This document shows, in pieces, positions 57,675 through 64,000 of a DNA stretch of 64,000 nucleotides. The DNA comes from Octopus vulgaris. Taxonomy: Eukaryota. The notes below the pieces were generated by a model that saw nothing but the letters and a program-made list of their open reading frames with translations, was not told the origin of the DNA and made no database searches. The position numbers and the translations under genes were made by a program. The stretch spans positions 149,730,001-149,794,000 of the forward strand of contig OX597814.1 in the NCBI GenBank assembly GCA_951406725.2. Direction: 5' to 3'. Each line of letters opens with the position of its first letter. Within the stretch, counting starts at the first letter, position 1.

Positions 57675-57755
57675 GCATAGGCAGCTAAAACAACGAAAGC
57701 ATAGGCAGCTAAAACAACGAAAGCATAGGCAGCTAAAACAACGAAAGCATAGGCA
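57675..57755. repeat. 24-bp minisatellite, 3.4 perfect copies
   Basis: gcataggcagctaaaacaacgaaa at 57675, 57699, 57723 and a partial copy at 57747. Confidence 0.95.
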
Positions 57756-57803
57756 TATTACCAATTCATGCTCGCATGCGGTTTGACGGCTATGACTTGC
57801 TCT

Positions 57804-57883
<80 letters not shown>

Positions 57884-57917
57884 CGTGTGTACATGTACAT
57901 ATATATATATATATTTA

Positions 57918-57948
<31 letters not shown>

Positions 57949-58844
57949 TCACCATAAACACACACACGCATATATGTGTATACATACATGAAGGAGTGGA
58001 CAAACGAAAGACAACGGTATTCAGCACATTTGGTGGGAATTTCATGTATTATTTAATAATTGCGAATCCATGCGACTTAATGTTTCGTACTCTCGTAAAA
58101 CAAAGCTAGCTTTTTGAGCTTCTAGAAATCGAATAACATTATAAGCAAATTCAAGCTGGCTTCTAGATGTTAAGCCATGTTCATCTCGGGTCACATGTTT
58201 TGGAAGTGACATCTGTTCTCATCTTTCTTCTTTGATCCACGTTGTCAAACAGGGTGTTTGTATGTAGTTGTAGCTCCTATATTTGAAAACTGCGGTATGG
58301 TTTATTTAGCGACATCGGTTCATTGCATTTGCCGCAACACTTAGCAGAGCGGATTGCTGTCGTAAATTAGTGAAGAACTTACACAATAACTGCGACATCC
58401 TTTTCGCATGAGTAACCAAATTTACTGCTTTTGGATAAAAACTGTGCATTGCTACGATAACTGACAACATAAATGTGACTGTAGTCTGTATGGGCACCAT
58501 GAATGTTTTAGTACTATGCCTTTGAGTAATGGGGTAGGAAAACCTAAGGTGGTGTATGCGGATAATCGGTTGCTAGTGCTTGAAGTCCATTAAAATTGCG
58601 TACCACTGGTGGCAAAAATAAGATAATTCATTCTTTTTTTTGGTGGATACTGCACGGGTTACCCGTGTACATGCAAATTTTTTGCAAAGATATTCATGCA
58701 CAGAACATTGCCCCTCGGAGATCTCTGCCCATGTCTTTTCTACAGCTAGTGGCCTGCAACAGTTGAAATAGCACTAGTCTTGGACGAACTCTTTGTGTTA
58801 TATCCTATCCTACATACTAAGCAATAAACACACACACATGCACA

Positions 58845-59261
58845 ATGGATTCGGACGAAAATTTCAAATTAAAGGAGTACTGGCGTAACTTCACGATCGC
58901 AACGTGCCTGTCAATCATCCTCGTTACTCTTAAATGCACGAAAAACGAAACTTTCATCACATGCTGGAAGAAGGTGCGGCCAGAGTGTGTCCAGGACTAT
59001 GAGGGCTTCTCACCTGATGATATTCATCACGAGGCTGTCAAGAATGCAGTGAAACTGGCAAAGGTACTTGGTGGCGAAGGCTTTGACGACATCACGCAAG
59101 ATGAGGTCAACGACCTCATCGATGCCCACTCTGAAACACTGTCAGACGAAGATTTGTTGGAGTTAAGTAAGTCTGCCAGCAAAGAGAAGGAGGAAGCGCC
59201 AGATCCAAAGGAAGAGGAAGTTGAGGTGGGCCTGGCAATCGAACTTCTATACACCTTTTAA
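58845..59261 (+). pseudogene. Tigger/pogo (TIGD1-like) transposase C-terminal fragment
   Basis: YWRNFTIATCLSII...TCWKKVRPECVQDYEGF...LGGEGFDDITQDEVNDLIDAHSETLSDEDLLEL resembles Tigger transposase C-termini. No upstream DDE region is visible. Confidence 0.82.
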
Positions 59262-59564
59262 AAATAGCAGAGGGATTGCAAGGGAAGGCGGAAGCAGGGG
59301 ATCCCTATATAGTTCGGTCTCTCCTGTAAAACACCTGAAAAAGGGGCGTCACCTGCAGAACTTTAAATCTTCTTTACTGTGCAGCCATTACCTTCATCGT
59401 TTTCATCATCATCGTCTTAAATCTATATCATTCATTATTGGTCAGTAACCGCACATTTAACTTCAACTTTTATTAAATTATCATTATGTGTGTGTGTACT
59501 CACTATACTCACTATACCGATGAGTTTGAATGAACCTGTTTTGATCTCACTATCTATCTGTCTA

Positions 59565-59612
<48 letters not shown>

Positions 59613-59660
59613 ATAAAACTTACTTGGAAGAGGATGTGTGGCGTTCAATCATATAATAAT

Positions 59661-59712
<52 letters not shown>

Positions 59713-59716
59713 CAAA

Positions 59717-59761
59717 GGACCACTGATGAGGTTACAAAAGTGTGACGAAAGAACTCTGGCC
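59717..59761 (+). ncRNA. Minimal type I hammerhead motif immediately after (TA)n
   Basis: GG(a)CCA-CUGAUGA-g GUUACA aaag UGUGAC-GAAA-GAAC-UC-UGGCC. Intact core, 6-bp stem II, CUC triplet, AATAAA about 20 nt downstream. Confidence 0.7.
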
Positions 59762-60144
59762 GAAATACAATTAATATAAAATAAACTGAAGCAAGTGAAC
59801 ACCAAATATATAGTGCGTGTGCTTTTATTGGCAACATGACCGTCCCCACGTACAGCAATGCCTAATGATATTATTTTCTGTCTACTACTCCAAGTTTTCT
59901 CAACGATTTTTTATGCATAAATTTATTTTTGCCTCCAAAAGTTCGTTCTCAGTTTAGACATGCATACATATGTACATGCACATACACACACATGTGTATG
60001 TGTGCCTGTGTCTGAGTGTATGTATATGTGTCTGAGGGTGTGTTTGTGAGCCTATGTGTATGTATGTGTGCTTATGTGCTTGTGTGCAAGTGTGTGTAAG
60101 TGTGAGCATCACGCATGTATGTATCTATGTATTGTTTATCGTTT

Positions 60145-60572
60145 ATCTTTTGCTTATTTCAGTCTGTTGGCTGTGGTCATGCTGGGGCACCACATTCAAG
60201 GAGAAATCAAAACCTCAGTGCTTATTTTTCAAGCCCGGTTCTTATTCTATCAGTCTCTTTTGCCGAACCATTAGTTTAGGGGACGTAAACAAACCAGTAC
60301 CGGTTGCCAAGTGGTGGTGGGGAACAAACACAGACGTATGCACAGATATATACATACGGACATGCATATAGATATGCAAACATAAACATACCTACATGCA
60401 CAAACATACACACACACACTAATACACATAGATGGGCTTCTTTCTATTTCTGCCTACCAAACACATTCACAAGGCTTCAGTGGGCCTAGATCTATAGATA
60501 CACTTGCCCAAAGTGCCACGTAGTTTGAATTAACCCGGAACTATATGGTATGGAACAAACTTTTAACCACCT
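60145..60572 (-). mobile_element. SINE family A, decayed
   Basis: tttcagtc..gctgtggtcatgctggggcacc...acacttgcccaaagtgccacg..aacccggaac. Confidence 0.78.
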
Positions 60573-60592
60573 ACATTTTAAGAAGGCGAAAA

Positions 60593-61177
60593 GTATTCTT
60601 CTCTAGGGACAAAACCCAAATTTTGTGGGGAGAGGAGGCAATCGATTAGATCGACCCCAGTACACAACTAGTTCTTAATTTATCGACCCCGAAAGGATGA
60701 AAGGCAAAGTCGAACTTGGCGGAATTTGAACTCAGAACGTAGCGGCAGACGAAATGCCTATTTCTTTACTGCCTACATGGGGCTACACACAGAAAGGACA
60801 AACAAGGACAGACAAACGAATGAAGTCAATTATATTGACCTCAGGGTGTAACTGGTACTTATTTAATCGACTCCGAAAGGATGAAAGGCAAAGTCGACCT
60901 CGGCGGAATTTGAACTCAGAACGTAGCGGCAGACGAAATACCTATTTTTTTAATACCCACAAGGGGCTAAACACAGAGGAGACAAACAAGGACAGACAAA
61001 CAGATTAAGTCGATTATATCGACCCCAGTGCGTAACTGGTACTTAATTTATCCACCCCTATAGGATGAAAAGCAAAGTCGACCTCGGCGGAATTTGAACT
61101 TAGAACGCAGCGGCGGACGAAATACCACAAACCATTTCGCCCGGCGTGCTAACGTTTCTGGCAGCTCGCCGCCTTGC
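60593..61177 (-). mobile_element. SINE family C, 3 units (A, A, B)
   Basis: TSD gaaggcgaaaa at 60582-60592 and 61178-61188; the central domain and B box occur three times. Confidence 0.9.
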
Positions 61178-61878
61178 GAAGGCGAAAAATATCGTAGGAA
61201 TAAATATTGGTTGTTTCTATAGTCATATATTGGTAATGTTTGTTTTCAAAGAATCTTGCTTGCCATACTAAAGAAAATCGTTTCAAATTTTTTGCAGAAA
61301 TAACAGTGGATATTAGTAAATAACGTTGTTAGGTATAATTTATTCCTCAATTTTCTATCTTTCTCTCTAACTTCAAACTGAATGTCTCTCTAACTTCACG
61401 CTCTATGGTTCTCTCACTTACACTCTCCCTCATTTTATTCGTTCTCACCCTCTCTTTCTCCCGCTTCTTCTCAATTTCGCTATGTTTGTGTTTCACTCAC
61501 TCACTCTCTCCCACCGTCTCTCCTCTTTTTCTCTAGCTCACTGTCACTCCTATGCATTTACTCTGTCTTTATCCCTCTGTCTTTATCCCCTGATAATGAA
61601 GGTGATGACGGTGGCGGTGGTGGTGGTGTGGTGGTGGTGGTGGTGGTAAGAATTTTGAGAAAGACGATGAAGTTTAGAATGATAAAAATGACGGTGAAAT
61701 GAAAACGGTAATGATATCACCAGGTAATGATGATGATGATGATAGCAGTGGTGGCGGTGATGGCGGTGGGGGTTGACGTTGCTGCCGCTGCTACTGCTGC
61801 TGCTACAGGTTGTCGGAGTTATAGTCGTCGTGGTCGTTATGATGATGATGTTGATGATGATGATGATGATGATGATGT

Positions 61879-61909
<31 letters not shown>

Positions 61910-62332
61910 GTCGATTGATCCCTGAGTAAGGAAGACAATAGCATTATTTGAAGCGAGTGTTGTTTTCTTTTAATCTTAGTTTCTTTGAAATATGATATTT
62001 TGTTTTTTCTTTTTGTCAGTTATTACAATTCCTAAACGTTATTAGGAGAGTGCACATGTTGCTGGCAACGAGAGAATGCCGCACTAAATTCTGGCACACT
62101 ATCAACTCCGATGCCTTTATGTTTAAATTCTAATCCCATTGCAGTCGACTTTAACTGCTTTCATCTTTCAGGATTCAATAAATATACTGAGTGTGTTGCG
62201 TTTTTTTTCTTCTTTTTTTTCTTTCTGCCTTTTCTTCCATCTGCGAATATGGTGTGGGGCCTGTTCAATAACCTCTCGACTTACAAAAGCAATCTTGAGA
62301 CCAGTTAAGGAAAAATGTGAACAATAATAATG

Positions 62333-62402
<70 letters not shown>

Positions 62403-63429
62403 CAACAACAACAGCAGCAGCAGCAGCAATAACAACAACATTCAAGTATCCTCAGCGGTAATATCCTCTCAGACTTATAAAAAAATTATAAATGAATAAC
62501 TAAAATCAAAGATCTTACGGCCTTCTAACTAATAAATGCGAATCATTTTTAAATGTTTGTTGTCGATTTAATGATTGCAGATCAAATTTATGGAAGGTAC
62601 TTTGAAACTCAAATTTTTTTCTATTTTTCTGATCATCAAAACATCTTTCATCTCAACATAGTATCTGTACATCTCCACCTTCATTATTATTTTTTGTTCC
62701 TTCGTCATCCGTTCTTTGCCTCTCTTTTCCCCTACATTTATCTTTGTTTTTGTTGAGGGTTTTTGTTTTCGATGGAAGGCAGCATTATTTGCTTTTGCCT
62801 TTTGTTTTGTTTTATTCCTCATTTCTTTCTGCTCGCTAAACAATATGTTGTCTTCACCTAAAAATGTTAAGACCTCATATAACTGTACTAACATTTCGCT
62901 AACCACTCTAATCTCCTAATTCAACGATGGCGTCTCGACATTGTCGGTCAATTTCCCATAAATAGTTGCTAAATCACCCTTTAATTTTATCGATCTGTAG
63001 GATAAAATCAAAGTCTACTTTATAAGAGATTTGTATTGTGATGTATTGTAGAGAATATTATCCCTGGTCAAAATGTTTACTTTTAAACCAAAGTGTAATC
63101 CTTTCTATTTTTTTCAGCTAAGTTCAATACCTTATTAGATATTGTAATCGCATATATCGTTAAAATATGACAAGATTATCATGCCTGGAACTTATTTGAT
63201 CAGAGGTCTTCTCAATCAGTGTTGCCCTGAAGCTAAACAACACTAAATCTCTAGCTCCACTTGTACATCAACTTGTTGTGCTAACGTCAGGAGCCATTTT
63301 GACTCTTATTCATCCTCTCTGAGACCTTATAAACAGAACACTCCTCGTTATTCCATATATCTAATAGAAAAATAAATATTGTTATGATTAAAATACTTCA
63401 TAGGATATATTAATCCATATAATTTCTAC

Positions 63430-64000
63430 TGAGAAAGTTGGTTTGTAGAAAATCGAACAAAGGAACTTTTAGTTTTTAATCATTCATCTTACATTCTGAG
63501 TTCGAAATCCAGTACGACTAACTTTGCATGTTATCCCCCCAGTTTAGAAAAAAATAAGTACTCGTCAGGAACTGGAATTAGTGGTTATAGATTATATATT
63601 ACCTGAAAATGTGGAGTCTTTACGACTATGCAAAATCAATGTACGGTGGTAGATAGGCGGAATCGTTAGAGCGTCAGATATAATGCTTGACGCTTATAAG
63701 CTACATCCCTGTAACTTATGAAGTCACATCCTACTGAAGTCAACTTTGCCATTAATCTTCCCGAAAATCAACTAAACAAAGCGCCATTAAAAATACTTGT
63801 CGAATTCAATGACTACTCCCTCCCTGAAATTTCTGGTCTTGTATCTATGTTAAAGGCAGTGGGTTGATAGAACAGTTGAGCGTCGGAAAAGTGCATTGTG
63901 GCAGTTTTTCCGGCTCTCAGTATTTTAAATTCAAAATCTTGCTGTTTCACTCTTCTGGGGTCAATAAAATTCTAGTCAAGTACTGAGTCCGATTAAATTG
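63430..64000 (+). mobile_element. Cluster of about three old family C SINE remnants
   Basis: ttctgagttcgaaatcc..gactaactttgc; gtcaactttgcc; ttcaaaatc..tctggggtcaataaa. Confidence 0.55.

Noticed and set aside
55909-57755. CRISPR-like repeats (19-bp x3 at 55909-56264; 24-bp x3.4 at 57675-57755)
   Set aside because: The context is eukaryotic with no cas genes. The first set has 140-160 bp SINE spacers and the second has no spacers.

Overview
AT-rich, microsatellite-saturated eukaryotic non-coding DNA (intergenic or intronic). The SINE families look like those of an octopod cephalopod; this is an inference from memory, not a database result. No intact host protein-coding gene is supported, and nearly all listed ORFs are translations of (TA)n, (CA)n, (TAA)n, (GAA)n or (GATA)n repeats. 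The window holds many tRNA-derived SINEs, several with clear target-site duplications (TSDs), including a modular family present as 1-, 2- and 3-unit versions. It also holds four deleted or rearranged mariner elements, a Tigger/pogo transposase fragment, a non-autonomous Helitron, a TIR element carrying TTAGGG repeats, and a ~1 kb purine-rich insertion with a 16-bp TSD. The most notable signal is a set of short non-coding cassettes embedded in (TA)n or (TAA)n microsatellites. They carry type I hammerhead-ribozyme motifs (about 6 good and 4-5 decayed, from several unrelated families) and are often arranged as long fold-backs. They are most likely non-autonomous Penelope-like or retrozyme-type elements. 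All structures were folded by eye and coordinates are approximate to a few bases.
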